Positions 30,278-41,386 are shown, counted from the stretch's first letter. The stretch is DNA of 64,000 nucleotides from Limnothrix sp. BL-A-16 (GCA_041937175.2 CP166615.1:2784001-2848000), one strand, 5' to 3'. Program-made: numbers and translations. Notes: generated from the letters alone by a model not told the origin.

Positions 30278-31153
30278 CTAGGCAGGTTGCAAAAACCAAA
30301 GCCCGGTATAGGTCATGCCGGAATTATCCGGTTGAATGAGCAGGAAGTGCAGGTGGCGCACGGTGGACTTTCGAGACTCAAAAGCGAGGCCAGCTTGGCG
30401 CAATTCCGAGTCTTGGCTGGTGGCTAAAATCCACCGATCGCACAGGCCGGCTTCCAAGATTACCCCATCCGGTTCACTGGGTACGAAACTGAGGGCAACG
30501 GGCTGCACACCATTGAGCCATTGGGCCAACGCCCGCGATCGCTGGCCCCCGTTCACCACAACCCCGGGAATGGGAGCCTTGGCAGACAATCCCAGGCGAT
30601 CGGGCAGCAGTTCCGAAGGGCGATCGCCGTAGGGGATTGGTCGCTGGGCTAACTGCCGAGCCAACACCTCCGCCGACAAACTGGCAAACCCCCAAGAATC
30701 GCCCCATAGCGAGTCCGCCAGGGGCAAAGGCGGTGGCGAGTCGATCGCCAAGGGATCGTAGGGCTGACCGGTGGCCGGGTCGCGCAGGGGGGATTCGATC
30801 GCCCGTTTTTGTAACCAATCCTTCAGCGCTTGGGTGCGGCGTGTGGCGGTCACGGGCCAACCCAACCGCGAGGCCGCCGCTTCCACCAAACTCAGGGATT
30901 GGGGCCGAAACACACAGAGCCGATCGGGCGGGGTAGCATTGTCACCCATCGCCGCCACCAGCCGCTCCGTTAACCAATGGGTGTCGATCGAGCTTTGGGG
31001 GCAAACGTCTCGAAACACAAAGGTTCGGGCCCGATCGCACACCACCAATTCCCAAAGGGGTTGGCCTGCGGTGTCGGTCATGGGCCGACGATAAAAATCC
31101 ACTTCCCAAATTTGTTGATTGATGGGTTGATCTGTCACTGCTTGATTCGTCAC
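30278..31153 (-). CDS. Tab2/Atab2 family RNA-binding protein (DUF1092)
   Basis: IWEVDFYRRP, WELVVCD, VFRPQ, TRRTQALKDWL, LEAGLCDRW, LHFLLIQ. Confidence 0.9.
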   Translation of the reverse strand: MTNQAVTDQPINQQIWEVDFYRRPMTDTAGQPLWELVVCDRARTFVFRDVCPQSSIDTHWLTERLVAAMGDNATPPDRLCVFRPQSLSLVEAAASRLGWPVTATRRTQALKDWLQKRAIESPLRDPATGQPYDPLAIDSPPPLPLADSLWGDSWGFASLSAEVLARQLAQRPIPYGDRPSELLPDRLGLSAKAPIPGVVVNGGQRSRALAQWLNGVQPVALSFVPSEPDGVILEAGLCDRWILATSQDSELRQAGLAFESRKSTVRHLHFLLIQPDNSGMTYTGLWFLQPA

Positions 31154-31261
31154 TGGTTAATCTGTAATTGGTTGATTAATTGGTTGATTAATCGCTGAAA
31201 CCGTCGGAAGCACAACAAGTTTGAACTCCAAAGTCTGAAACACGCAGAGCAGGCAACTTCC

Positions 31262-32191
31262 ATGGCTCGATCGTTGGTGCTGGTGAATCCTTCCCAAGTG
31301 ACCCGTAACAGTCGATCTCCCCTGTGGGCCCTCCTGTTGGGCATTGCGCTAACCGGCTGTGGCGGGGGCAGCATGGCCAACAAAGCCGCAGCACCCATGC
31401 CCGAGGCCATGGCTCCCGCAGCGGGCGGCCAAGAGCGCCAGGCATTAGCTCCCAACGATAGCGATTTGGCGGCCAATGCGCAGTCGCCCCCTAGTTCGAT
31501 CGCCCAACCGCAACTGATCAAAACCGTCACCCTGGCCCTGAAGGCAGATTCGGTCACCAAAGCCCTGGAAGCCACCCAAGCGATCGTCAAGGAAAATCAG
31601 GGCGATGTGATTAGCCTCAACGATCGCCGCACCGACACCAGCCGAATCGCAGAATTACAGTTTCGGGTTCCCGCCAACCAACTCGATCGCGCCGTGGCCG
31701 CCGTCACCCAGTTGGGTTACCTGCAAAACCGAGCCATGCAAGCGGAAGACGTGACCGATCAACTGGTGGATGCCGATGCTCGGTTACGCAACCTGCGCCG
31801 CACCGAAGACAGCTTGCTCGCCTTGCTGCAAAAATCCGGCTCCGTGCGCGACATCTTGGCGGTGAATCAACAGGTGAGCCAAACTCGCCAACAGATTGAG
31901 CAAATTGAAGCCCAACTGAAAAATCTGCGCACCCGTGTGGCCTACTCCACCGTGAACTTAACGATCGAACAGAGCGTGGCTGGTTTGGCCGATGCCAACC
32001 CGGTTACGGCTCAGTTGGCGGAAACCTGGGGTAAGGCGACGCAATCCGTGGGCAAGGCCACGATCGGCCTCTTGCAAATCACCCTGTGGTTGTTGGCCTA
32101 CACCCCCTATTGGTTGCTGTTTGGGCTGGGCATTTGGGCAATGCGCCGCTGGGCCCTTCGCCGTGCCCAAAATCAATCCGCCAATCATTAA
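31262..32191 (+). CDS. DUF4349 domain lipoprotein
   Basis: Lipobox LTGC; LQFRVPA, EDVTDQLVDADARLRNL, RVAYSTVNL; C-terminal transmembrane segment. Confidence 0.85.
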   Translation: MARSLVLVNPSQVTRNSRSPLWALLLGIALTGCGGGSMANKAAAPMPEAMAPAAGGQERQALAPNDSDLAANAQSPPSSIAQPQLIKTVTLALKADSVTKALEATQAIVKENQGDVISLNDRRTDTSRIAELQFRVPANQLDRAVAAVTQLGYLQNRAMQAEDVTDQLVDADARLRNLRRTEDSLLALLQKSGSVRDILAVNQQVSQTRQQIEQIEAQLKNLRTRVAYSTVNLTIEQSVAGLADANPVTAQLAETWGKATQSVGKATIGLLQITLWLLAYTPYWLLFGLGIWAMRRWALRRAQNQSANH

Positions 32192-32279
32192 TTCGCGACT
32201 CGTTCACAACTCGTTCACAGTCATTAATTCATCGATTATTCACTCACCCATTCATCGATGTATTTGCCAATCACTTTCC

Positions 32280-33452
32280 CTAAACCCCAACACAGTTCGT
32301 CGGCAAAAGTGCAGCGGCCAACACCTCTCGAATGCCACTGATGACACGATCCTGTTGCTCCGGGGTCAGCTCTGGGAACATCGGCAAGGACAAGACACAG
32401 TGGCCCAATTGCTCGGAAACGGGCAGAGATCCCGGCTGATAGCCTAAGTTGGCATAGACCGCCTGTAGGTGCAGTGGCAGGGGATAGTAAACCGCCGTAC
32501 CCACGCCGCGATCTTGCAAGGATTGCCGCAGTTGATCGCGCGGTTCTGGGCCGGCACTGCCCTCGCCCACTTGGATCGTGTATTGATTCCAAACGCTGGT
32601 TCCGCCAGCGATCGCCTGGGGCAAACGCAGGCCCGGCAAACCGGCTAGACCCTGTTGATAGCGATGGGCGATCGCGGTGCGCTGTTGGTTCCACCGATCG
32701 AGCGATCGCAACTTAATTTGCAGAATCACCGCCTGAATGGCATCGAGGCGACTATTCACCCCGATCGCCTCGTGGTAGTAGCGTTGGCGCTGGCCATGTT
32801 CCCGCAACATCCGCAAATCCGCCGCCAGTTGGGCATCGTTCACCGTCATGGCCCCGCCATCCCCGCAAGCGCCCAAGTTTTTGGTGGGATAGAAACTAAA
32901 GCAACCCACGTGGCCCATGCTGCCCACCCGTCGATCGCCCCATTTGGCCCCCGTGGCCTGGGCACAATCTTCAATCACCCACAGATTGCTGGCCCGGGCG
33001 ATCGTCATTAGCCGATCCATATTCACCGGCTGGCCAAACAGGTGTACGGGAATAATCGCTTTGGTGCGCGGCCCGATCGCCCGTTCCACCGCATCCAGAT
33101 CGAGGTTAAAGGTTTCCGCATCCACATCCACAAACACCGGAACCGCGCCCACTGCGCTCACGGTTTCCGTGGTGGCAATGAAGGTGAAAGGCGGCACAAT
33201 CACCTCATCCCCCGGGCCAACACCCAAGGCCCGCAACGCCAAATACAGAGCATCGGTTCCGGAATTACAGGCCACGCAGAATTCCGTACCCACATAGCGG
33301 GCAAAATCCTGCTCAAAGGACTCGATCGCCGCACCGCCAATGTATTTACCAGAAGCCAAAACTTCCAAGACCGCCGCATTCACTTCGTCGCGAATTTGCG
33401 GGAATTGCTCCGTTAGATTAAACGCAGGAACGTTACTCACCACGCACACCAC
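32280..33452 (-). CDS. DegT/DnrJ/EryC1/StrS aminotransferase
   Basis: NSGTDAL, PVHLFGQ, IEDCAQA, FSFYPTKNLGACGDGG, NSRLD. Confidence 0.93.
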   Translation of the reverse strand: MVCVVSNVPAFNLTEQFPQIRDEVNAAVLEVLASGKYIGGAAIESFEQDFARYVGTEFCVACNSGTDALYLALRALGVGPGDEVIVPPFTFIATTETVSAVGAVPVFVDVDAETFNLDLDAVERAIGPRTKAIIPVHLFGQPVNMDRLMTIARASNLWVIEDCAQATGAKWGDRRVGSMGHVGCFSFYPTKNLGACGDGGAMTVNDAQLAADLRMLREHGQRQRYYHEAIGVNSRLDAIQAVILQIKLRSLDRWNQQRTAIAHRYQQGLAGLPGLRLPQAIAGGTSVWNQYTIQVGEGSAGPEPRDQLRQSLQDRGVGTAVYYPLPLHLQAVYANLGYQPGSLPVSEQLGHCVLSLPMFPELTPEQQDRVISGIREVLAAALLPTNCVGV

Positions 33453-33861
33453 ACCATCACATTGATTTTAGGGTGACATCCTTCCTGTCTTGAAGCAACG
33501 GGGCGAGGGCCAATCAATGCAATGACTGAAGAGATGGTTAAGCGTTGAACCCTTACTTGATCCTTACTCAATCCTTGATGAATCGTTGGGTCATCTCGGG
33601 AGCACCCTAACGATCAACTCAATAACCCATTCAGGATTGATTCAGGACTGATCCCACAGCCCCTTGGGGAACTGGTCAAGACCCGATCGAGCTGGAATTG
33701 GCCAAGGGGTTTCTGGGTGGGCTAAGCAACGGTTGTCGATCGGGCATTCGCATCCTTCAATACCCTTGCTGAATTCATCGCTGAATCCATTGCTGGGATG
33801 GCGATGGCATCCCGATTATGTTATTTTATTCATAGTCGGTATGAGTTTAGATAAAGCATCC

Positions 33862-35250
33862 ATGACCAGCGCCGCTTCTGCACCCAACACCGTTGAAAAT
33901 GTCGTGATCATCGGTTCCGGCCCCGCCGGTTACACGGCTGCCATCTATGCCGCTCGTGCCAACTTGAAACCTTTTATGTTTGCGGGCTTCCAAGCGGGCG
34001 GCCTGCCCGGTGGTCAACTGATGACCACCACGGAAGTGGAAAATTTCCCCGGTTTTCCGGAAGGCATCACGGGCCCGCAATTGATGGATCGGATGCGCGC
34101 CCAGGCGGAACGGTGGGGCACGGAGGTAGTAACGGAAGATGTCACCTTTGTGGACTTGAGCCAGCGGCCCTTTGTGGTGCGATCGACCGATCGGGAATTG
34201 CGGGCCCACAGCGTCATCATCGCCACCGGAGCCACGGCCAAGCGGTTGGGGCTGCCCAGCGAAACGGAATTTTGGAACCGGGGCATTTCCGCCTGCGCCA
34301 TTTGTGATGGAGCCATGCCCATGTTCCAAAACGCCGAGCTGGTGGTGATTGGTGGGGGCGACTCGGCCGCCGAAGAGGCGATGTACCTGACGAAATATGG
34401 CTCGCGGGTGCATTTGTTGGTGCGATCGGACAAAATGCGGGCCAGCAAAGCCATGCAAGACCGGGTGTTGGCCAATGCCAAGATCACAGTTCATTGGCAC
34501 ACCACCGCGATCGATGTGGTGGGGGACGAAACGGGCATGACTGGCCTACGGGTCCAGCACCAGCAAACCGGCGAAGAATCGACGATCGCCGCCCGTGGTT
34601 TGTTCTACGCGATCGGGCACAAACCCAACACCGATCTGTTTGTGGGGCAGCTTGACCTAGACGAGGTGGGCTATATCAAAACCCGTCCCCACAGTGTGGA
34701 AACCAGCGTGGAAGGGGTGTTTGCGGCCGGCGATGTGCAGGATCATGAATATCGACAAGCGATCACGGCGGCCGGAACCGGTTGCGCGGCGGCCCTGTTG
34801 GCGGAACGGTGGCTTTCGGCTCAGGGCTTGGCCCAGGAAGTGAAGCGCGACAGCACCGAGCCAACGGCGGCCTCCGTGACCGAAGACAAGCCGATCGTGG
34901 CGGATACGGAAGAAACCTTCAATCCACAAGCCACACGCCACTTTGGCGGCTACGCGGTTCGCAAGCTTTACCACGAGACCGATCGCCCGTTGGTGGTGAA
35001 GTTCGTTGCCCCCGATTGCGGCCCCTGCCACATCCTGAAACCCATGCTGGATAAGGTGGTGGATGAATTTGAGGGGCAAATCCACTTTGTGGAGGTGGAT
35101 GTGAAGGATGAGCCGCAAATTGCCGAAGGGGCGGGGGTAACCGGAACGCCAACGGTGATGATTTTCCACAACAAGGCCAAGGCAGTGGAGTTTCGCGGCG
35201 TGAAGCAAAAGAGTGAGTATCGCCAGGCGATCGCCCAACTCCTGAGCTAA
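33862..35250 (+). CDS. trxB: NADPH-thioredoxin reductase with fused C-terminal thioredoxin (NTRC type)
   Basis: [27 protein letters not shown]-terminal thioredoxin with CGPC. Confidence 0.95.
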   Translation: MTSAASAPNTVENVVIIGSGPAGYTAAIYAARANLKPFMFAGFQAGGLPGGQLMTTTEVENFPGFPEGITGPQLMDRMRAQAERWGTEVVTEDVTFVDLSQRPFVVRSTDRELRAHSVIIATGATAKRLGLPSETEFWNRGISACAICDGAMPMFQNAELVVIGGGDSAAEEAMYLTKYGSRVHLLVRSDKMRASKAMQDRVLANAKITVHWHTTAIDVVGDETGMTGLRVQHQQTGEESTIAARGLFYAIGHKPNTDLFVGQLDLDEVGYIKTRPHSVETSVEGVFAAGDVQDHEYRQAITAAGTGCAAALLAERWLSAQGLAQEVKRDSTEPTAASVTEDKPIVADTEETFNPQATRHFGGYAVRKLYHETDRPLVVKFVAPDCGPCHILKPMLDKVVDEFEGQIHFVEVDVKDEPQIAEGAGVTGTPTVMIFHNKAKAVEFRGVKQKSEYRQAIAQLLS

Positions 35251-35322
35251 GTTGCCATCCAGACTGATCGGGGGTTGGGGCGTGCTGCCAAATGGATCGT
35301 TCGCCAATCTCCTGGGGGACAA

Positions 35323-35467
35323 GGGGCCTGTCGTCGTTGAGCACAAAACCCTGATCCCACAGTCGGCGGATCGTGGGGGACAAGGGGCTTAAGCCCCTTG
35401 TCTGGGGTAGTTCGGGGATGGCAGATCTACTGTTTTCCCTTGATCTCAGGAAATGACGATCGGCCCC
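35323..35467. mobile_element. MITE-like family A copy (reverse orientation)
   Basis: GGGGCCTGTCGTC ... GACGATCGGCCCC; palindrome at 35381-35400; between convergent trxB and nadB. Confidence 0.75.
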
Positions 35468-35482
35468 AAGGCGATCGAGCGG

Positions 35483-37183
35483 TCAAACCCAAGGGGGACT
35501 GGTGCGATCGCCCAAACCCGATTGGGAAATCCAGCGCTTGTTCCCCTGCAACAGCGTGTGACAAGCCCAAGCGGGATCTGTGTTGGGGTGATCCACTCGA
35601 TAGTGGCCGCCGCGACTTTCTGTTCGGAACAGGGCACTCTCCAGCAACGAGGTGGCCACATCCAGCAAGTTGCGTGTTTCCACCCACTGGTGTACCGCCG
35701 AGATTGCGCGATCGTCCAACATTTGGCAGGTTTCGCCCGGTCGCAATTGGGTTAACAGTTGTTGAATCGGCAAGTTGCGCAGGGTGGATTGGGCCGCTTG
35801 CAATTGGGCGATCGCGTCGATCAGGGTGGATGATTTGCGGCAAATGCCCGCCGCACTCCAAACCAGCTTGGGCAAATAATTTCGCCAGTGCGCCAAGTCC
35901 GGTGATGGCTCAAAGGCAATGGTCGGCAGCGACAAGCACCGCTCGATCGGCAGCACCGATCCTTGGGCCACGGTCAAGTTTCGGAACTGGGCCCCAAACA
36001 CAATGCATTCCAGCAAGGAATTACTGGCTAAGCGATTGGCCCCATGCACCCCGGTGCTGGCGGTTTCGCCCACGGCGTATAACCCCCCTAAGGAGGTGCA
36101 ATTGGCTCGATCGGTCGCAATGCCCCCCATCCAATAGTGGGCCGCGGGCGAAACAGGAATCGGTTCCCGCAGCGGATCGATGCCCCAATCACGACAGGCC
36201 TTCAAGATATTGGGAAACCGGTGCAAAATTTGCGCTTCGGGAATGGGTTGTAAGTCCAACCAAACCCGATCGCCCCCATGTCGTTGCAGGTGGGAATAGA
36301 CGGCCCGACTGACCGCATCACGCGGGGCCAGCTCACCTGCTTCATGGAAATCAAAGGCAAACCGTCGCCCTTGGGCATCCACCAAATGGGCCCCCTCGCC
36401 CCGCACCGCCTCGCTGATTAGAAAGTGCGGTGCGCCGGGAATATCCAAGGCCGTGGGGTGAAATTGCACAAATTCCAAATCGCGCAGCACGGCCCCAGCC
36501 CGATAGGCCATGGCCACACCGTCGCCCGTGCTAACGCTGGGATTGGTGGTGTGGGCAAAAACCTGGCCGCCGCCGCCCGTGGCCAGAATTGTGGCTCCGG
36601 CAGCCAACCACCGCAGTTGCCCTTCCTGCAAACAGGCAATTCCTTGGCAACTTTGCCGATCGGGGGTCAGCCACAGGTCAATCACCAGGGTTTCCGACAG
36701 TACCGTAATGTTCGATCGCTCCAGCACCCGCGCCACCAAGGCACTCACCACCGCTCGCCCCGTTGCATCCGCCGCATGGAGCACCCGCCGTCGGGAGTGA
36801 GCCGCCTCCAGGGTGACGGCCAACTGTCCCTGATCGCGATCGAACGCCACCCCCAGTTCCACCAACTGCGTCACGCAGGCCGGCGCTTCCGCCACTAAAA
36901 ATTCCACCGCCGCCCGATCGCACAGACCCGCCCCCGCCGCCAGCGTGTCGGCCACATGCAACGCCACCGAATCATCGGGAGCCGTCACCGCCGCCAGCCC
37001 CCCTTGGGCCCAATCACTCGCCGATCGCGACACCGTGGCCTTGGTCACCACCGCCACCGACAGCTCAGCCGGTAAACAAAGGGCTGAATATAACCCCGCC
37101 GCCCCACAACCCACCACGATCACATCAAAGCGATCGACCGTTGGGCGCTCAATTTCCACAGCCGGCAAAGGGTCACTCATCAT
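35483..37183 (-). CDS. nadB: L-aspartate oxidase
   Basis: GCGAAG, SDWAQGG, EAAHSRRR, QFHPT, SEAVRGEG, HYWMGG, HGANRLASNSLLE. Confidence 0.96.
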   Translation of the reverse strand: MMSDPLPAVEIERPTVDRFDVIVVGCGAAGLYSALCLPAELSVAVVTKATVSRSASDWAQGGLAAVTAPDDSVALHVADTLAAGAGLCDRAAVEFLVAEAPACVTQLVELGVAFDRDQGQLAVTLEAAHSRRRVLHAADATGRAVVSALVARVLERSNITVLSETLVIDLWLTPDRQSCQGIACLQEGQLRWLAAGATILATGGGGQVFAHTTNPSVSTGDGVAMAYRAGAVLRDLEFVQFHPTALDIPGAPHFLISEAVRGEGAHLVDAQGRRFAFDFHEAGELAPRDAVSRAVYSHLQRHGGDRVWLDLQPIPEAQILHRFPNILKACRDWGIDPLREPIPVSPAAHYWMGGIATDRANCTSLGGLYAVGETASTGVHGANRLASNSLLECIVFGAQFRNLTVAQGSVLPIERCLSLPTIAFEPSPDLAHWRNYLPKLVWSAAGICRKSSTLIDAIAQLQAAQSTLRNLPIQQLLTQLRPGETCQMLDDRAISAVHQWVETRNLLDVATSLLESALFRTESRGGHYRVDHPNTDPAWACHTLLQGNKRWISQSGLGDRTSPPWV

Positions 37184-37321
37184 TGCGTACAGAAAGCTAA
37201 AAATCGTGGGGTTGCCAAGCAAAAGCGCCACAGCCAGCGATCACCGCCGCCAAACCGCAACAGACGCTGCATTTCTCGGATCACTGCCCGAGACCTAACG
37301 AGATTCAACTAGATTTAAGCA

Positions 37322-37368
37322 AAAGGCGATCGCGCTGGGAGCTAAACTGCCGCTGCGCAATCGCCTTT
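37322..37368 (-). terminator. Hairpin between psbU and nadB (possible terminator or processing signal)
   Basis: AAAGGCGATCGCGC...GCGCAATCGCCTTT inverted repeat. Confidence 0.45.
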
Positions 37369-37553
37369 AATAATCTAGTTCACGGATTCCGGATACGGGA
37401 ATTCCGGATGTGGGGCCCCAGACCCGATGGAGCAATCAAATCGGCAAAGCCGATCATCGGGCAGGGTAAATCACGATCCTCGGTTCCAGTGGCAATCTTG
37501 TGATTACCGGAACCCTCGATTAGCCCTTGAAACCAATCAAGCGCAACCTAACG

Positions 37554-37943
37554 TTATTTGTAAACGCCATCGTTAATGCGGTGATCCCCTTCATTGAAGA
37601 TCGGATCCTGTTCCGTCACCGTGAAGGTGCCCGCATTCAAGTAATCCTGTAAAAGGCTCTGTTGCCGATCGCTCAGGCCGCCAATTTTCAGCACATCTTC
37701 CGGCGCATTGTAGGGCGCATTCGCAATGATCTTTTGCGCCAACGTCGGGTATAGACCCCGGTAAGCCCTGAAGTTGCTGATATTGGTATTGTTCAAATCA
37801 ATTTTTTTGCCAAATTCCGTCGCCAACTTGGCATCGGCATTGTTTAAAGATGCTTCAGCCCATGCAGCCTGAGGATAGCCCGCGCCAATCCACGTGAGCG
37901 CGACCAGGGCGATCGCAAATACCAGGCGAACAAACCGTTTCAT
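37554..37943 (-). CDS. psbU: Photosystem II extrinsic 12 kDa protein PsbU
   Basis: Signal peptide; KIDLNN, GLYPTLA, NAPY, RINDGVYK; AGGAGG ribosome-binding site. Confidence 0.96.
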   Translation of the reverse strand: MKRFVRLVFAIALVALTWIGAGYPQAAWAEASLNNADAKLATEFGKKIDLNNTNISNFRAYRGLYPTLAQKIIANAPYNAPEDVLKIGGLSDRQQSLLQDYLNAGTFTVTEQDPIFNEGDHRINDGVYK

Positions 37944-38260
37944 GAGAACCGGTACCTCCTTACAAGACACAGCAAATCATGGCGGAACCACCAACGCGAT
38001 CGCGCTTCGCCCTCAATTACCCATGGGTAACAAGGCTGAGCAACGGCCTTCGCTGGTGAAAAAGTCGAATAATATCACCAGTATCTCAAGTTTCGAGCCA
38101 CCTGCAACCGGGCTGATGGAAGCTCCACCAACCGTTTTCGCCATTGCTCGCAAACAGACAAACGGGCGAGAGCCAGTCGAGAGCTAATTGTTGCATAGAT
38201 TTTGGGCGCACGATCGCCCATTCTCCGCTGCCACCCTTAGGCCCGACAGGCTCTTGATCC

Positions 38261-39850
38261 TCAGACCATTGCTTCCGCCCGTTGGCTATTCTTCAGGCGC
38301 AATTCTTCCGCCAAGAACTGCTGCACCTGCTCTTCAATTTCCGATCGCACAATTTCGCGATATTCCATGAAATGTTCAATTTGAGCGCAAACCGATAGAT
38401 AGCTGCTGATGCCACCGGGGTTATGCCGCCACATATTCCAAAGATTGCGCCAGAACTGCCAGCGCGTTTTGCGCAGCACCCCCTGCCGCCAACAAATGGT
38501 CAGCAACGCCCGAACCGTGACCCAGTTAATCGGCTTGCGCGATCCCTTGCCCTTCTTGGGATAGGTCGCTTCCCCGAGCAAGCGGAAGTGGCGATAAACC
38601 CGATCCAAAAATCGCTCCGGATCGTAGAGTTCATAGAAAGCCGCCACATATTCCCGCGCAATGTCTTCAAGGGGGCGCGTGGGTACAAAGTTCATCAACG
38701 TGGTTTGGTTGATGTTGGCCGACTTGCTACGCAGCCGCCCCTCCCGCTCCAATCGATGCCAAAGGGCCGTATCTGGCAAGGCTTGCAACATACTGAACAG
38801 GGCGGTGGGAATTGCGGTTTTTTCCACAAATTGCACAATTCTTGCGCCCGCACCGGCTTTTTCACCATCAAAACCGATGATAAAACCGGCCATCACCCGC
38901 AGACCCGATCGGGCAATGGCCAGCACCGCCTCACTCAAGGAATCTCGGGTGTTTTGATGTTTTTGGGTCAGCGTTAGGCTCTCTTCATCGGGCGTTTCAA
39001 TGCCCAAAAACACGGCCCCAAAATTACACTGCACCATCATATCCATTAGTTCTTGATCCTGAGCCAAGTCCACCGAAGCTTCCGTGGCAAAGGAGAAAGG
39101 ATATTGATGCTCCACCATCCAGGGCAACAACTCTTTTAGAAACAGCTTCACATTGCGTTTATTGCCAATGAAGTTGTCATCCACCATGAAAATGCTGCGT
39201 CTCCATCCCAACTCATACAGGTAGTCCAATTCCTGTAGGAGTTGCTGAGGTGTTTTGGTGCGGGGCTTGCGACCATAGAGCACAATAATGTCGCAGAATT
39301 CGCACTGGAACGGACAGCCCCGCGAAAATTGCACCGACATTTCCGCGTAAGCATCAAATTCCAGCAGGTCGAAGCGCGGAATCGGGGTTTCGGTTACGTC
39401 GGGCTTCACCCCATTGGCGCGGAAAGTGCCCGCTGACTCGCCTCGTTCGATCGCCTCCACAAACAGGGGCAGGGTAATTTCCCCTTCGTCCAAAATCAGA
39501 TAATCGGCCCCCACATCGCTCACTTCTTGCGGCAGGGCGGTGGCATAGGGGCCACCCACGGCAACCCGTTTTCCCCGTTGTTTTGCGGCTCTGATTCGAT
39601 CGAGCAAATCATCTTTTTGCACAATCATGGCCGACAAAATCACCAAATCGGCCCAATCCCACTCCGCTTCGGTGATGTCACGGACATTACAATCCACCAA
39701 CTTGAAATTCCAACTTTGGGGCAAAAGCGCCGCCACCGTCACCAATCCCAAGGGCGGGAGCATGGCCTTGCGATCGAGCAAGGCTAGGGTTTTCTCAAAA
39801 GACCAAAAGCTTTTCGGAAAAAGAGGATATAGCAGCAGGACATTCATCAA
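38261..39850 (-). CDS. B12-binding radical SAM protein with C-terminal DUF4070-type region
   Basis: PPLGLVTVAA, VAVGGP, SRGCPFQCEFCDI, VDDNFIGN. Confidence 0.9.
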   Translation of the reverse strand: MMNVLLLYPLFPKSFWSFEKTLALLDRKAMLPPLGLVTVAALLPQSWNFKLVDCNVRDITEAEWDWADLVILSAMIVQKDDLLDRIRAAKQRGKRVAVGGPYATALPQEVSDVGADYLILDEGEITLPLFVEAIERGESAGTFRANGVKPDVTETPIPRFDLLEFDAYAEMSVQFSRGCPFQCEFCDIIVLYGRKPRTKTPQQLLQELDYLYELGWRRSIFMVDDNFIGNKRNVKLFLKELLPWMVEHQYPFSFATEASVDLAQDQELMDMMVQCNFGAVFLGIETPDEESLTLTQKHQNTRDSLSEAVLAIARSGLRVMAGFIIGFDGEKAGAGARIVQFVEKTAIPTALFSMLQALPDTALWHRLEREGRLRSKSANINQTTLMNFVPTRPLEDIAREYVAAFYELYDPERFLDRVYRHFRLLGEATYPKKGKGSRKPINWVTVRALLTICWRQGVLRKTRWQFWRNLWNMWRHNPGGISSYLSVCAQIEHFMEYREIVRSEIEEQVQQFLAEELRLKNSQRAEAMV

Positions 39851-40192
39851 AAACTCCAGGAATGATCATTCCTTATGGTTGTTTTTTTGGATCGCTGTTT
39901 GAAAGAAGTCAGTGACTCAAGCCAGTAAAAGTTGCCAATAGTCGATTCTTTGTCCCATTGCTTGGATGCAAAACCCAACAAAATTTCATTCCACTATAGC
40001 AACAGAAGCCCAAAATCATGGTTAGGGTCGTGTTGAGTAATACCGTTTACGCCCATAGGATTGCACCGACATTCCATCCCTAGGCGTTGGTGGGGATTGG
40101 TCAAAGTTTTAAATCTCGATCGAGCACAATTGACCGACGATCGGCCCCAGGATTTTCCACGAACCCTGGTCTTCATCTCAATTCGCCAGTTA

Positions 40193-40319
40193 GAGGATGT
40201 CTGAAAAGCCAAAATTGCTACTCTGTACGCCCCAGAGATCGATGTAGACAAGATGCTCAAGCCCCTTCTACGACTATTAATCTTTAGCCCGTACTGAAAG
40301 ATACTTCTCAGACATCCTC
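40193..40319. mobile_element. MITE-like element family B (127 bp)
   Basis: TIRs GAGGATGTCTGAAAAG / CTTCTCAGACATCCTC; TTA duplicated on both sides. Confidence 0.85.
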
Positions 40320-40387
40320 TTAGACCAAACTTGGGTCAAGGGAGGCAATTGATTGGATTTTAATTTGGACTTTAATCAATTTGGATT

Positions 40388-41386
40388 TTAAAAATCCAGT
40401 TCCAAGGATCGATGATGGTTGGTCAAAAACCGATCGAGATTGTCGTAGGTGGCGGCGTAGGTGACGCTTTCGGTGTCATAGCCCTTGAGGTTCACGCGAT
40501 ATTCCTGGAAAACCTCACAGGCAGAACTATTCAAGGCACAGAGATACTGGTAGGTGGTTTTCCCGATCGCCACATCCAGTTGCAATTCCTTGGTGCAAGA
40601 CTCTAACCGAAAGGCGGCGTTCACCGTGTCGCCCAGGGCGGTGTAATCGGGGCGATCGTTGCTGCCGGTGTTGCCGACCATGGCATAGCCCGTGTTGGCT
40701 CCGGTGCCAATTCGCAACGGGAAGGGGAGGGGATAGTGTAGATGCAAATCCCGGGTCATTTTTTGCAGCGCGTTGACCGCTTCAAAAATTTGCAACACTT
40801 CCCGGGGACTCACTTCCTGTTCCCCATGAATCCATACGGCCATCACAGCATCGCCGATATATTTGTCCACCCAACTGCCGGATTCACGGATGATGTTGCC
40901 CGCTTGGCGAAACCAAGTCCCGATCGCCTCCGAGAGGACTTTTTCATCGGTTTGTCGGGTTAGCCCCGTGAAATTCCGAATATCAGCCACCAAAATGGTG
41001 ATCAGCCGTCGCACATGGAGCGTTGCGGTCACGGAAAATTCAAAGCTATCGCTGGTGCTGTAGTCCCGATCGTGGGCGGGCGCATAAAAATCCAGTTCCG
41101 TTTGGCCAAAGGTCAGGCGATCGCCACTTTGCAAGGTGACGGGAATGCTCACCCGGCGGCCATTCACGAAGGAACCATTGCGACTTCCTAGATCAATCAG
41201 ATAGAACGCGCCATCCTCCATGCACTGGAGCATGGCATGGTTGCGCGAGATCCAAGGATCACCCAGCACAAAGTCATTGTCTGGGCTACGACCGATCGTC
41301 CAGCAAGCGCTACCGACAAGGGGTAAGTACCGGCTGCCGGATTCGGTTCTCAGAATTAAATGCGGACAAGGCTGGAGCGTAACCAC
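40388..41386 (-). CDS. FHA-domain class III adenylate/guanylate cyclase
   Basis: TIGRS, ISRNHA, DLGSRNGSFVNG (FHA); ADIRNFT, DKYIGDAVMA, YTALGDTVNAAFRLE (K in the substrate-specifying position suggests adenylate cyclase). Confidence 0.92.
   Translation of the reverse strand: MVTLQPCPHLILRTESGSRYLPLVGSACWTIGRSPDNDFVLGDPWISRNHAMLQCMEDGAFYLIDLGSRNGSFVNGRRVSIPVTLQSGDRLTFGQTELDFYAPAHDRDYSTSDSFEFSVTATLHVRRLITILVADIRNFTGLTRQTDEKVLSEAIGTWFRQAGNIIRESGSWVDKYIGDAVMAVWIHGEQEVSPREVLQIFEAVNALQKMTRDLHLHYPLPFPLRIGTGANTGYAMVGNTGSNDRPDYTALGDTVNAAFRLESCTKELQLDVAIGKTTYQYLCALNSSACEVFQEYRVNLKGYDTESVTYAATYDNLDRFLTNHHRSLELDF

Noticed and set aside
33862..35250. Reductase-thioredoxin fusion as a novelty
   Set aside because: This is the known NTRC architecture of cyanobacteria and plastids.
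35398..36312. 304-aa plus-strand ORF and similar long overlapping ORFs elsewhere (e.g. 7462..8604, 43742..44614, 57692..58753)
   Set aside because: They lie opposite well-supported genes in GC-rich DNA and show no protein-family motifs.
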